A stretch of 64,000 nucleotides of DNA from an uncultured Nitrospinota bacterium (GCA_963707985.1 CAVPRW010000012.1:1-64000); one strand, 5' to 3'. Shown: positions 1 through 11,210, numbered from the stretch's first letter. Numbers and translations: made by a program. The notes: generated by a model not told the origin, from the letters alone.

Positions 1-13
1 CATTATTTAAGAA

Positions 14-1137
14 GAGCGTGACCTTTTTGAGTTGGGTGACGCGACACGCCTCAATCGAGGCGCGGGCCTATAGTGGGGTTTGTGACCGTCAGGCGACCTC
101 GCATCTGGCGGGCACGGAACCGCCAGTCGTCACGGAGATCATGGTCGTGGCTCTTCGTGCGCGAGCGCAAGGTCAGAATCGCCTCTGCCCCTACCAGACT
201 CCAGCGCTTGCCTTCGCCCTCCATCCGGTGCTTCACGACAGAACCGCAGGCCGACTCCACGACACCGGTCCCGACGGGCAAGCCTGCCGCCAGGGACGCG
301 TCGTCGTGCCTCCAGCGCCGGTGGTTCTGGAAGCACGTGATGACGTGCGCGAGCGTCTCCCGCACCGACTGTCGCAGTCGCTGTTTGGTGAGGAGGTGTC
401 GCAGGCCGCCGATGACCTATCCGACCCTGCCTCGGAGAATCGCCGTCAACTTCGCCCGCACCCAGCGGTTGCCCTGCGGGGCTCCTTCCCCGAACAACGC
501 GTTCGCAGCGCTCCAGCGGGAGCCGACGACAGGCAGGATGTCCAGGACACACGTCACACGCCGCCACTCCTTGAACAGCTGGGTGGCCAAGTTCCACAGG
601 CCGAGGGCGCCATCAAGGAGGACGACCCAGGGCTGGCGGTGCTGGGGATCCCGGCGCTTGGCGTCGGCTGTGATGCACTCCATCACCGCCGGCTTCGTCC
701 GCACCAGGCTGGCGCGCCGGCGGACCTGCGGCGCCCGTGGCGACTCGTCCTTGCCCCCTTGCTGCTGCCGGCGCGCGCGTGCCGCTTCCGGCTCGATCAG
801 GAGTGCTGCACGGACCTCGGGCGAGCGCGGCTTGGGATCGACGGTAGCGCTGCCCCCCACCAGCGCTGCCTTCTGCTGCTGCCGCTTCTCACCGGTGCCC
901 CACGTGGCTTTGAGCGTGACCGCCTCCTCTTTCAGCATGGGGACGCCCTGGCCGTCAACACGCACGACGAGGAGCGCTCCGGCGCTTGCCGCCGGGGGCA
1001 CGGGCCGTTGCGCCGAGAAGCGCTCGTAGTCTTCCGACGCCTCCTGCGCCACCTCCATCAGCACGCTCTCGGCCACCTCGAGGTCCAAGAGCGGCGCGAA
1101 CCAGCCGGCACTTTCCTGGAAGGGGGGCTCGACCGCG
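14..1137 (-). mobile_element. ISKra4-family transposase remnant (N-terminally truncated, internal stop)
   Basis: ORFs 417..1148 and 51..365 carry ISKra4-like motifs (VDGQGVPM, LLDGALGLW, GLPVGTGVVESAC, RMEGEGKRWS); a possible terminal sequence GAGCGTGACCTTTTT lies at about 14-28. Confidence 0.75.
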
Positions 1138-1203
1138 CACCACTTCAATCAAGCGCTTCAAGCCGAGCAGCGTCTTGGGGTGGAGGTCATGGGCGTCATC
1201 AAA
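1137..1203 (-). pseudogene. Distal fragment of the ExeA-like AAA ATPase split by RIT element 1
   Basis: Reads (F)DDAHDLHPKTLLGLKRLIEVVR, the direct continuation of the Walker B ...IALLID that ends at 4732; it then fuses to the ISKra4 remnant. Confidence 0.8.
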
Positions 1204-1367
1204 TAATGTGTTGCACAACATTAATCGATTAATGTTGTGCCTTCAGTAATGTGGAGTCACTGGCTCGACCGTTGGCTCAGATTGAGCCGACCGTGTCATG
1301 CCTGCACATAAATATGTAGCATCGGGATCCGTGCCAATCCCGGCACCACGCTCAGGAGAGGATTCCG

Positions 1368-2667
1368 ATGCTCGAAACCATGTTCCCCAAGACCCATCGC
1401 CGTTATGCCGCTTTGCCACTGCTGGGGTCGCGTGTCGACGACTTCGCGCGGTGGCTGTCTCAGCACGACTACCGACCCCAGACCATCCGCGTCATGCTGG
1501 TGCCGATCGGCCGGATCGATCGATGGCTCCGACGGCGTGGCGTCCACGACGTGGCCGAGCTGCATGCCAGCGTCCTGGAGGCCTGCTGGAGGCGCTTTTA
1601 TCGAGACAACTCGACCCTCGGGGGGCTGATCCGCGCGCTGGCCCGCTACTTGGAGGCCGAGGGGCTCCTCCCGCCCGCGCCACCACCGCCCCTGACGCCA
1701 AGCACCCAGCTGCTGGCCGCCTACACGGCGTATCTGCTCCACGGCCGTGGGCTCGCCCGGAGCACGATTCAGGAGCACCAGCGCAGTGCCTCCCAGTTGC
1801 TGGCGCACCTCGCGTACGACGTGCAGCCCACTCGCCTGCGAGACCTGCCCCCCAGCGAGGTCGAGGCGTTTGTGCACCTGAGCGCCACCCGACTGGGGCG
1901 GGGCACGCAGCAGCACCTCGTCGCCCACCTGCGCAGTGTGCTTCGCTTGTGGGCCGCCAACGGCCAGTGTCCCGCGGGTCTGGACACCACCATCGACACG
2001 CCCCGGCTCTATCGCCTCGAGCAGCTCCCACGCGCCCTGCCGTGGGACACCGTGCAGGCGCTGTTAGAGTCGATCGACCGGCGCACGACCATCGGTGTGC
2101 GTGACTATACCATGCTGTTCCTGATCGCCACCTACGGGCTGCGCGTCAGTGAGGTCGCCGCTTTGACCTTGGATGATCTCCATTGGCGTGAGGGATGGGT
2201 GCGGGTCCCCCGGTGCAAGACCCGCAGCGTGCTGCACCTGCCACTGACCGACCCTGTGGGAGCCGCGCTGGTGCACTATCTGCGCGAAGTGCGCCCGGCC
2301 GATGTCCCCTGGCCGCGCGCTGTGCCTGCGCAGTCGTACCCCGCTCCGCGCCCTGGGCCCGACGGCCGTGTCGATGATCTTCGCGCGCTGGGCCAACCGC
2401 AGCGGCTTGGCGATCCCGTTCTCCGGCGCCCATTGCCTGCACCACGCCTACGCCGTCCACCTGCTGCACACCGGCCACTCGCTCACAACCATCGGCGATC
2501 TCCTCGGACACCGCGACCACGACCGTACCTACGTCGACCTGCGACTGGCCACGGAGGCATTGCGGGACGTGGCCTTGCCGGTGCCGACCCTGTCCACTTC
2601 CCCTGGACCATCGGAGGCGTACCTATGGACACACACCCGACCTTCACCTCACCGCTGGCGTCCGTGA
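1368..2667 (+). CDS. Tyrosine recombinase RitA (frameshift near 2313)
   Basis: TYGLRVSEV motif; the C-terminus continues in ORF 2302..2667 (HCLHHAYA...LLGH). The 750-aa ORF is a frameshift fusion with RitB. HxxR reads HCLH and the usual catalytic Tyr position reads D. Confidence 0.8.
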
Positions 2668-3620
2668 TCACCCGGTATCTCGCGCTCAAGACGGCTCTGG
2701 GCCGCGGCTACGCCACCGAGCGGCACCTGTTTCGCGCCTTCGACGCCTTTCTGGTCACGGTGGGCGCGGCTGATCTCACCCCCGTGGTGTTCGACCGCTG
2801 GTGCCAGACGCAGGCCCACCTCAAATCCGGCATCCGCCGCACGCAGATGCGCATGGTTCGTCACCTGTGCCTGTACCGACGTCGCACCGAGCCGGCGTGC
2901 TTCGTCCCCGACCTCGCCTGCTTTCCGCCGTGCCATCAGTATGCCCCGCCCTCCCTCCTGACCGAGGATGAGATGGCCCGGTTGATCGCGACGGCCACCA
3001 CCCTGTTTACCACCTCGGCCTACCCGCTCCGGGCCCAGGCCATCCGCGTCGGTCTGATCCTGCTCTACACCGCCGGGCTGCGCCGGGGCGAGTTGGTGCG
3101 CCTGACGGTGGGCGACTACGACCGGCAGGCCCACACCCTGCGGGTGCGAGCCTCCAAGTTCCACAAATCCCGTCTGCTCCCCCTGTCACCAGATGCCGTC
3201 CAGGCATTGGAGGCGTATCTCACGGCGCGACGGGCGTCTCGTCCAGAGGCCACCACGGACGACGCCCCGCTGATCTGGCGGGGCGGTGCCGTGGCGCGCG
3301 GCTACTCGGGGTCAGGCTTTGCGCGCATCTTTCGCAGCCTGGCCCGACGCGCAGGCATCCGCACGGCGGCTGGCGAGCCACCGCGCGTGCATGATGTCCG
3401 CCACAGCTTTGCGGTCCATGCCCTGCTGCGCTGGTATCGGGCGGGCGTCGACGTCCAGGCCAAGTTGCCCCTGCTGTCGACCTATATGGGGCATGTCTCC
3501 ATCGCCTCCACCCAGTATTATCTGCGCTTTGTCGAACCCGTGGCGCGCGCGGCGAGCGAGCGGTTCGCCCAGCACTATGGGGCCCTGGTGACCCCGATCC
3601 CCCAGGAGGAGCGACCATGA
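2625..3620 (+). CDS. Tyrosine recombinase RitB
   Basis: GGAGG RBS then ATG 2625; YTAGLRRGE, SKFHKSRLLP, HDVRHSFA, LSTYMGH, TQYY. Confidence 0.9.
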   Translation: MDTHPTFTSPLASVITRYLALKTALGRGYATERHLFRAFDAFLVTVGAADLTPVVFDRWCQTQAHLKSGIRRTQMRMVRHLCLYRRRTEPACFVPDLACFPPCHQYAPPSLLTEDEMARLIATATTLFTTSAYPLRAQAIRVGLILLYTAGLRRGELVRLTVGDYDRQAHTLRVRASKFHKSRLLPLSPDAVQALEAYLTARRASRPEATTDDAPLIWRGGAVARGYSGSGFARIFRSLARRAGIRTAAGEPPRVHDVRHSFAVHALLRWYRAGVDVQAKLPLLSTYMGHVSIASTQYYLRFVEPVARAASERFAQHYGALVTPIPQEERP

Positions 3621-4630
3621 CCGTGGCCCAACCCAACGCGTTAGCGCGCACCCTGCGCCAGTTCTTCGCGGACCATCTCCCGAGCGTCCGTGGCGTGAGC
3701 CGTCACACCATCCACAGCTATCGCGATACGCTGCTCTTACTGCTGCGCTTCCTGGCCGCCGCCCGCGGCCGGAGCGTCGCCGAGCTGGATCTCACCGAGA
3801 TCGAGGCCGAGGACGTGATGGCCTTCCTGGACCACTTGGACCACACCCGCCACAACACCGTGGCCACCCGCAATGTGCGCCTCGCGGCCCTGCACGCCTT
3901 TTTTCGGTATGTCGCCGCCCACGAGCCCGAGCAACTGGCCCGCTCGCAACGGATCCTGCACATCCCCTTCAAACGGGCTGACCACCGGACCCTCGACTAT
4001 TTGGAGTATGCCGAGCTCCAAGCCCTGCTGGCAGCCGTCGACCGCTCGACGGCCGCCGGTCGGCGTGATTATGCCCTACTGGCGACGCTGTTCAACACCG
4101 GCGCTCGGGTGCAAGAGCTCCTCGACCTGCGGGCCTCCGATCTCCAGCTCGACGCACCGTGCCAAGTGCGCCTCTTCGGCAAGGGGCGCAAGGAACGGGT
4201 GTGTCCGCTGTGGCCCCAAACCGCGACCCTGCTCCGCGAGCTGTGTGCCGAGCGACAGCTGGACCTGCGGGCAGCGGTGCCGCTCTTCGTCAATCGGCGT
4301 GGACAACCGTTGAGCCGCTTCGGGGTAGGCTACCTGCTGGACAAATACCTGCAACGCGCCCAGGCGACCGTGCCGACTCTGCGGGGGAAACGCCTGCATC
4401 CCCACAGTGTGCGGCATAGCACGGCCGTGCATCTGCTGAAGTCGGGCGTCGACCTCAGTACAATCGGTCAATGGCTCGGCCATGCCAGCCTGAACACGAC
4501 CAATAAGTATGCCACCATCGATCTCGACCTGAAACGCCAGGCCCTGGCGCAGGCCCACTCGCCAGTGGCCGAAACGCTCGCGCATTGGCGTCACGATGCC
4601 ACGATCTTGGAGTGGCTGGAAGCCCTCTGA
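3617..4630 (+). CDS. Tyrosine recombinase RitC
   Basis: FNTGARVQE, GKGRKER, HSVRHSTA, WLGH, TNKY; ATGA overlap with RitB. Confidence 0.92.
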   Translation: MTVAQPNALARTLRQFFADHLPSVRGVSRHTIHSYRDTLLLLLRFLAAARGRSVAELDLTEIEAEDVMAFLDHLDHTRHNTVATRNVRLAALHAFFRYVAAHEPEQLARSQRILHIPFKRADHRTLDYLEYAELQALLAAVDRSTAAGRRDYALLATLFNTGARVQELLDLRASDLQLDAPCQVRLFGKGRKERVCPLWPQTATLLRELCAERQLDLRAAVPLFVNRRGQPLSRFGVGYLLDKYLQRAQATVPTLRGKRLHPHSVRHSTAVHLLKSGVDLSTIGQWLGHASLNTTNKYATIDLDLKRQALAQAHSPVAETLAHWRHDATILEWLEAL

Positions 4631-4731
4631 GTCTGCGATAATGTGGAGTGGATACAGACCATTGCATCGATTCAGATGACTGTGACGTGGCGCTGGTGTA
4701 TCAACTCCACATTACTAAAGGCACAACATTA

Positions 4732-5127
4732 GTCAATCAGCAGTGCGATCGGTTTCTGGCGTTTCTTCACGAGATCGCGGAGGGCGCGTTCCCGCCGTTC
4801 GGGTTGGGTTGGGATCTTGACATCTTTGTCCGTAGCCAAGTCGGCAAAGAGCGCGACGATCAAGCCACCCAGATGGATCTGGCTTTTTTCGACCGACAGC
4901 GCCTTCGAGACCAGAATCTCCTTCTCCTGCTCGATCGACTCCTGGACGCGCCGCAGCATGGTCGTCTTGCCACACCCGCCGACGCCGGACAGCACCACCA
5001 GCTTGCCGCGTGTGATCGCGAGCTTGAGTTCCCGGAGCATGTGGCGCGCATGCTCGGTCTCGAAAAACGCCGCCTGTCCCATAAAATCCCGGACGAGCCC
5101 GTAGTGCTCCATCACCTCGCTCAACAT
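4732..5127 (-). pseudogene. ExeA-like AAA ATPase (transposon-associated), interrupted by RIT element 1
   Basis: Walker A GVGGCGKTT; Walker B cut at IALLID. Immediately upstream, about 30 codons resemble the C-terminus of a partner transposase. Confidence 0.8.
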
Positions 5128-5275
5128 GGCGTGCCTCCTTCCGTCGCCGCGTGGATGTGTGCGCGGACCGCCATCACCTCCGTCTTCTTCAGCGTGGTCG
5201 CGAGGATGGTGTCGCGTACAGTCAAAATATCCATGCGACTGTGTGGTCGCCGTTCTGCCTCAGTTCTCCAAGCCG

Positions 5276-5653
5276 TTAACGACGGGAGGGCTCGCGCCAC
5301 ATATTCAAATTGTGGAACGTGTTATAGAGCGGAAGTCCCGCACGTTCAAGACGGCTGATGGCCTGCGCAATTTGTGCGTACGTCATATCGCGCCGCGGAT
5401 TATTCTCTCGGTAGAGCGCGAGGATACCAGCATGGGGGCGTCCTTCCAGCTGGCACGTCTGGTGCAACCTCAGGAAATCGCGGACATTAGCCGTGACCAC
5501 CGCACACTGCTGGACCGTAGCATAGCTGAGATGGGCTGCGTCCTCGGCGCTACGCATGGACACAGCCCGGGGGGACATCACCGCGTGTCCCTCCTGCTGC
5601 AGGAAGCTGATCAGCACATTTGCATCCAAATCATCATCGAGATAGAGTTTCAT
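5276..5653 (-). CDS. DUF5615 PIN-like toxin
   Basis: MKLYLDDDL...D...VTANVRDF...HAGIL pattern. Confidence 0.85.
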   Translation of the reverse strand: MKLYLDDDLDANVLISFLQQEGHAVMSPRAVSMRSAEDAAHLSYATVQQCAVVTANVRDFLRLHQTCQLEGRPHAGILALYRENNPRRDMTYAQIAQAISRLERAGLPLYNTFHNLNMWREPSRR

Positions 5654-5943
5654 CGCCGCGCCGAGGAGTCCTCAGCGAAGAATCCCTGCGCGTCAAGCCA
5701 CGCCCGCTCGTCATCCTTTTCGGCACAGATCACCTCCCACTGGTCTTGGCAGTACGCCAAGGCTTCCAAGACGGCACCCACCGGCAGATCCCGGTTCTGG
5801 GCAATCTGCTGCGGTGGCATGCGTGAGATATAGCGATCGTACCAGATCGCCGACGTCCGCACTCCAGTCCCCCGAATAAAAAGTTCCTGAGTCCGTTTGT
5901 CCGGACGGTGTTCCAGGTAGGTGTATATCGTCTGAGTTTCCAT
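5650..5943 (-). CDS. DUF433 antitoxin
   Basis: IRGTGVR...IAQNRDLPVGAVLEALAY; RBS GGGAGG before ATG 5943; overlaps the toxin start. Confidence 0.85.
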   Translation of the reverse strand: METQTIYTYLEHRPDKRTQELFIRGTGVRTSAIWYDRYISRMPPQQIAQNRDLPVGAVLEALAYCQDQWEVICAEKDDERAWLDAQGFFAEDSSARR

Positions 5944-6017
5944 CCTCCCTCTCTTTCCAGCTGGATAGCACGCGGCGATAGCGTACCGCACGGTGGATGG
6001 CATGTGCGGGCGAATAC

Positions 6018-6956
6018 TCATGCAGCTGCACGGTTATCGTCACACAGCCACCGGCCAGGTTGTTGTCGACATCCCATGGGTCCATCCCGTATGGGCCGGT
6101 GCGCCATCGTCGGCATGCGCACCACTGTACCCATGCGTTGCGGGAGTCCTTCGCGGCGATGAGCGGGGTTAAACGCTGCAAGCAGAGATGGTTGGACACG
6201 TGTGCCACCTGGCGGCAACCGTGACAACCATTCTTCGAGGACCGTACGTATCCATCTTTTCACGTCGGCAAGCCTCTTGGAAGACCATAGTGAGATACGC
6301 AGCCTCCAGGACGTATGGCCACATCCTCGCATGCCTGCGATAGGTCTCGTGCGACGAGCGCCGTGCATGATCACGAGCAGGAAAGAGACGACCAGTCCAA
6401 GCCAATTCCACACCGTGCTGGTGAAGAAGTCCGTAGCCCCCAGCACGTCCATGTGGATCCGGATGAACTCCGTCCAGGTCGTGGTCTTCTTGCGCTCCGG
6501 GGCCGGTGGAATACCATGGCGCCTGAGGATGTTGCCCACCGTCTGGTCACTGATGCGATAGCCCAGGTTGGCCAGGGCGCCAACGATACGGTCATACCCC
6601 CAGGAGCGATTCTCGCGGGCCATGCGCACCACCAAGATCTCCAGCTCCTGGTCCATGCGGGGACGCCCGACAAATTTGCACGGCTTCGAGCCGTCACACG
6701 TCTGGGCCACGAGCGTACGGCGCCAGGCGAGGATGGTATCAGGCTTCGCAACCGTCGCAATCTCTTGCAGTACCTGCCTACCCAGCTTCTGGTCAATCTC
6801 GGCGAGGGTCTTGCGCTCCGCATCGGTTAGCCGCACCCGCCGTGCCTTGATCTGGTGCCGCAAAATGCGGTTTTCCGCGGCCAGATACGCATTGCGCAGG
6901 CGGAGTTCCTCATCGACGGGTCCCGTCATATGCCCCAGCAGCTGCTTCCAATCCAT
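6018..6956 (-). pseudogene. Integrase-core transposase (IS3/IS481-like), C-terminus degenerate
   Basis: MARENRSWGYDRIVGAL, TVGNILRRHGIPPAPER, ATDFFT; similarity is lost after about 6350. Confidence 0.75.
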
Positions 6957-7094
6957 GGGGCATTCCATCCCAGTCTTTGCCTCTCGTTGGTCGTGAGTAT
7001 GGGCTATCGTGCGATGAAATGCAAGATGAGGATCGGGCAATGGTGAGACCGTAAGCTCTGGTAAAATAATACGTTTGAGTTTTTTGACCAAACG

Positions 7095-7583
7095 CCAATC
7101 GTCCACGCCGAGCACCTGCGGCGTGGCGAGAGAGGGGACAGGTAACCGGCGTAACAAGCGCAGGCAGGTGTTGCGGCTCATGTCCACGCCAAGCCCCTGA
7201 CTCAGCCGTGCCGCCGCGGCCCCGCCAAGAGCCACGGCGCTGTGGGCCAGCCAGGCCGCTAGCCGTTGCGTGCGCCGGGCCCACGGCGCCACGAGCGGTG
7301 GCAACCGTTCAGTGAAGAGGCGGCGCGTGCAGCGCCCGTTGGCGCAGAAGAACTGCCGAACCTGGAGCGGTCACACGACGCGGAGGTGTGCCCACGGGCG
7401 ATCCGCGAGGGTGCGCTCCTCGTCACGGTGGAGGCGTCGTGTGGGAAAGCGGCAGACGGGACAGTGCCCCAGAGCCTGTCGCGAGGTGACGCGCCAGGTC
7501 AGCTGGGTTGCCCCCTCGTTCAGATGCCACGTCTCCAGGTGTCAGGGGACACCTGGAGGGAGCAAGCGAGACAAGAGTTCCAT
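7095..7583 (-). pseudogene. ISL3-family transposase N-terminal fragment
   Basis: CPVC zinc finger, RTLADRPW, RQFFCANGRC, LGVDDW; internal stops. Confidence 0.8.
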
Positions 7584-7611
7584 AGGCCTCCCGGGATAAA
7601 AACGACCTGAG

Positions 7612-8334
7612 CTATATGACGTTTCCTTTCAGAAAAATATACCTCAGGGAAAGACGTTGTGGGAGACTATGGAACACTTCACCAAAAGTGGCCAAGAACC
7701 CGATCCCGGTCCGCCTATCAAGCTGCGCGGCCAACCCCGACAGGTGTGGGATCGGGCCGAAGTCACAGTCGAGAATCAGGTTTCCCTGATCGGTCCGAAA
7801 TGGCGTCCCGTCGCTGCGCTGTCGCATGGTGACCCGGGCGCCCAGGGACTCGAGGAAGTTCTTCTGAGCATCCCATCCGAACGGGATGACCTCGACCGGC
7901 AGCGGCCAGTGGGTGCCAAGCATCGGCGACAGCTTCGTCTCATCGACGATGATGATCTCACGGAGACTGGCCTGGGCCACGATCTTCTCGTGTAACAAAG
8001 CCCCGCCACCGCCCTTGATCAGATTCAGCTCAGGATCGACTTCGTCGGCGCCGTCGATGGTCAAGTCCACCATTGTCGGCGGATTCAGGGTGATGGGAAT
8101 ACCCAGGGATCGGGCCTCAGCTTCGATCTCTCGTGAGCATGGAAAGCCGATGATATCGCGCAAATGCCCCTCACGTAACAGTTGTGCGATCCGCTGGGTG
8201 ACGAGGAGGGCGGTGCTCCCGGCGCCAAGCCCCACAGTCATTCCTGACTGTACGTATTCGACCGCACGGTCAGCGACTTGGTGCTTCTCCTGCTCATGGT
8301 CCACAGTCTCCGGCAATCGCTGCAGTAGGCTCAA
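7612..8334 (-). CDS. rpiA: Ribose-5-phosphate isomerase A, C-terminus replaced at 7700 by a mobile-element end
   Basis: GLGAGST, DGADEVD, LIKGGGGAL, TDQGNLILD; the expected GxVEHGLF tail is absent. Confidence 0.9.
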   Translation of the reverse strand: MSLLQRLPETVDHEQEKHQVADRAVEYVQSGMTVGLGAGSTALLVTQRIAQLLREGHLRDIIGFPCSREIEAEARSLGIPITLNPPTMVDLTIDGADEVDPELNLIKGGGGALLHEKIVAQASLREIIIVDETKLSPMLGTHWPLPVEVIPFGWDAQKNFLESLGARVTMRQRSDGTPFRTDQGNLILDCDFGPIPHLSGLAAQLDRRTGIGFLATFGEVFHSLPQRLSLRYIFLKGNVI

Positions 8335-8346
8335 GTTCCACCTCGC

Positions 8347-9537
8347 TTAATGAGATGCTGTGAGAGTTGAAAAGAGCAGTGTGCGGGTATGCTGGGCGAT
8401 CATCAGATCCTCGTTGGTGGGCACGACCCGCACCGTGCAGGCGCTTTCCCGCGAGCTGATGATCGTGTCATGACGCTCATTCTGCTGAGAATCGAGCTGG
8501 ATCCCGAGATATCCCAACCCGCGACATACCTCCCAGCGCACCGGCGCCGCATGCTCGCCGATCCCCCCCGTGAATACGAGCGTGTCCAGACCACCGAGGA
8601 CAGCTGTCAGCGCGCCGATGGTCTTGCGTAACTGATAGCAAAACATGTCGATGGCTTGGGCCGCATGGGCGTTGTGCGCTCTCTGGTCCAATAAGGTTTT
8701 CATATCAGGGCTGATCCCTGAAACGCCGAGCAGCCCGGATTGATCATTCACGAGCTGCTCCAGTGTCGTGGCGTCATAGCCTCGCTCGGTCAGCAGATAG
8801 ATGAGCAGCCCTGGGTCCAGGTCGCCGGTGCGTGTCCCCATCATGAAACCACCGGTCGGCGTATAGCCCATCGTGGTATCGAGCGGTTGACCGTTGTGCA
8901 CTGCCGCCATGCTGGCGCCGTTCCCCAGGTGAGCGATGATGGCGCGCCCCAGGACTTGGGCCCCCACCTGATCAATGATGTACTCGTAGGACAGACCGTG
9001 AAAGCCGTAACGTCGCACCCCTTCATCCCAGATGGCGCGGGGGAGGGGGAAGCGCTGTGCCAGCTCAGGCATGCGTCGATGAAAGGCGGTGTCAAAGCAG
9101 GCCACCTGGGGCAATTGCGGAAAACGTGCGGTCACGGCCTCAATCCCCTGAATTTCGGCAGGGAGGTGGAGCGGTGCATAAGGGACCAGCTGCCGCAAGT
9201 CCTCTAGGAGTCGCGCATCCACCTGTTCCGGGGCGATATGGTCGGCCCCACCGTGCACGATGCGATGGCCTACCGCCTCGGGCATTGGGAGCTGCAGCTG
9301 TTCTAGGATGTCGAAGGCAGCCTGGACGGCGGCCTGATGGTCGTGGAACGCACCGAGCTCTACCCTGGGAAGGCCTGACGTTTGCGAGTGGACCGACAGG
9401 CGTCCGTTGGGCAGTCCGATACGCTCGACGGCTCCCGCGACGAGGGCCGCCTCCGCCCCCCCTCCCACGTGGTAGAGGGCGAACTTCAGGGAGGATGAAC
9501 CGCTGTTGAGGCAGAGAATGACCGGAGCGGCCGTCAT
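8347..9537 (-). CDS. ackA: Acetate kinase
   Basis: NSGSSSLK, HRIVHGG, FDTAFH, YGFHGLSY, HLGNGAS, FTGGIGE, PTNE. Confidence 0.95.
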   Translation of the reverse strand: MTAAPVILCLNSGSSSLKFALYHVGGGAEAALVAGAVERIGLPNGRLSVHSQTSGLPRVELGAFHDHQAAVQAAFDILEQLQLPMPEAVGHRIVHGGADHIAPEQVDARLLEDLRQLVPYAPLHLPAEIQGIEAVTARFPQLPQVACFDTAFHRRMPELAQRFPLPRAIWDEGVRRYGFHGLSYEYIIDQVGAQVLGRAIIAHLGNGASMAAVHNGQPLDTTMGYTPTGGFMMGTRTGDLDPGLLIYLLTERGYDATTLEQLVNDQSGLLGVSGISPDMKTLLDQRAHNAHAAQAIDMFCYQLRKTIGALTAVLGGLDTLVFTGGIGEHAAPVRWEVCRGLGYLGIQLDSQQNERHDTIISSRESACTVRVVPTNEDLMIAQHTRTLLFSTLTASH

Positions 9538-11210
9538 CAGTGGCCCCCTCCCACGTGCTGCTGCGGTACCGCCGTCAAGGCTTTGTCGATCAGGGCTTGC
9601 GCGTCGTCGATGAGACGACGCAGGTGGTCCTCACCGTGAAAGCTCTCAGCATAAATTTTGTACACATCCTCGGTCCCAGATGGGCGGGCGGCGAACCAGC
9701 CGTTCGCGGTCATCACCTTCAACCCACCAATGGGAGCGTCGTCACCTGGGGCTGTCGTGAGCATACCGGTAATTTTCTCGCCCGCCAGCTCGGTGGCCGT
9801 GACCTGTTGCGGTGAGAGCTGTGCCATGAGGTGCTTTTGCTCCGGCGTCGCCGGAGCGTCAAGGCGTTGGTAGACCGGCTCGCCGAGATCGCGGGTGAGT
9901 TGCTGATAGAGCTCTCCGGGGTCGCGCCCCATGACCGCCGTCATCTCCGCCGCCAAGAGGCCCATAATCATCCCATCCTTGTCAGTGGTCCATACCGTCC
10001 CGTCACGCCGCAAAAAGGAAGCCCCGGCACTTTCCTCACCCCCGAAGGCCAGCGAGCCGTCGAGCAAGCCGTCGACGAACCACTTGAATCCGACCGGGAC
10101 TTCGAGGAGGCGGCGGCCCAACCTGGCGACCACCCGATCGATCAGGCCGCTGCTGACGATCGTCTTGCCGACGCCGGCAGCCTCTGGCCACTGGGGCCGG
10201 TGGCTGAAGAGATACGAGATGGCGACTGCCAAGTAATGGTTTGGGTTCAACAAACCACTGCTGCGGCTGACGATGCCGTGGCGGTCGTGGTCGGTATCAC
10301 ATGCCCAGGCGACATCGAATTGATCTTTCAGCGCGATCACCCGCTGCATGGCGTACGGTGATGAGCAGTCCATGCGGATCTTCCCATCCCAGTCGAGGGT
10401 CATGAAGCGGAACGTCGGATCAACAGCTTCATTGATGACCGTCAGCGGCAACTGGTACCGATCGCTGATGAGCCCCCAATAATGCACGCCGGCGCCGCCC
10501 AGTGGATCGACGCCGAGGTTGAGGTTGGCGCTGCGCAGGACCTCCAGGTCCACGACACTCGTGAGATCGCCGATGTAGGCGTCCATGAAATCGTATCGGT
10601 GTGTAGTCGAGGCACGCTGCGCCTGCTCGAACGGGAGGCGCTTCACGCCCTTGAGGTCATGAGCAAGCAGAGCGTTGGCCTGTGTCTGGATCCAATCCGT
10701 CACGTGCGTATCGGCTGGACCGCCGTGGGGCGGGTTATACTTGAATCCCCCGTCCTCGGGCGGGTTATGCGAGGGAGTGATGACGATGCCGTCGGCCAGA
10801 CCGCTCCTGCGTTCGCGATTGTGCCTCAGGATGGCGTGTGAGATGACCGGCGTCGGCGTATAGCCCCCCTGCTCATCGATCATCACCTCCACGCCGTTCG
10901 CCGCCAGCACCTCGAGGGCACTCGCCAAGGCCGACTCGGACAGGGCATGCGTATCGATGCCCAAATAGAGCGGCCCGTCGATGTGTTGCTGTTGTCGGTA
11001 GAGGCAGATGGCCTGGCTCATGGCCAGGATATGCGCCTCATTGAACGAGTGCTCGAAGGCCGAGCCGCGATGGCCTGAGGTGCCGAACGCGACGTGGTGC
11101 TCCGGCACGGACGGATCCGGACGGTTCGTGTAGTAGGCTGTCATCAAGCGTGGGACATTGACCAGCAATGCCTGTTGGGCGGGCTTTCCGGCCCAGGGGC
11201 TTAGGCTCAT
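9537..11210 (-). CDS. pgm: Phosphoglucomutase
   Basis: [33 protein letters not shown]. Confidence 0.97.
   Translation of the reverse strand: MSLSPWAGKPAQQALLVNVPRLMTAYYTNRPDPSVPEHHVAFGTSGHRGSAFEHSFNEAHILAMSQAICLYRQQQHIDGPLYLGIDTHALSESALASALEVLAANGVEVMIDEQGGYTPTPVISHAILRHNRERRSGLADGIVITPSHNPPEDGGFKYNPPHGGPADTHVTDWIQTQANALLAHDLKGVKRLPFEQAQRASTTHRYDFMDAYIGDLTSVVDLEVLRSANLNLGVDPLGGAGVHYWGLISDRYQLPLTVINEAVDPTFRFMTLDWDGKIRMDCSSPYAMQRVIALKDQFDVAWACDTDHDRHGIVSRSSGLLNPNHYLAVAISYLFSHRPQWPEAAGVGKTIVSSGLIDRVVARLGRRLLEVPVGFKWFVDGLLDGSLAFGGEESAGASFLRRDGTVWTTDKDGMIMGLLAAEMTAVMGRDPGELYQQLTRDLGEPVYQRLDAPATPEQKHLMAQLSPQQVTATELAGEKITGMLTTAPGDDAPIGGLKVMTANGWFAARPSGTEDVYKIYAESFHGEDHLRRLIDDAQALIDKALTAVPQQHVGGGH

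Larger units (their letters stand above)
1230..4731 (+). mobile_element. RIT element 1 (three overlapping tyrosine recombinases)
   Basis: 28-bp terminal inverted repeats at 1230-1257 (taatgttgtgccttcagtaatgtggagt) and 4704-4731, 1 mismatch, enclosing three tandem tyrosine recombinase genes. Confidence 0.9.

Noticed and set aside
18..1232. 404-aa and 318-aa plus-strand ORFs
   Set aside because: Antisense shadows of the ISKra4 transposase in GC-rich DNA.
1368..3620. 750-aa double tyrosine recombinase fusion
   Set aside because: Caused by one extra base near 2313; the real RitA tail is in ORF 2302..2667 and RitB has its own RBS and ATG at 2625.
6018..7304. 428-aa chimeric ORF
   Set aside because: Chance in-frame join of an ISL3 fragment and a separate integrase-core transposase.
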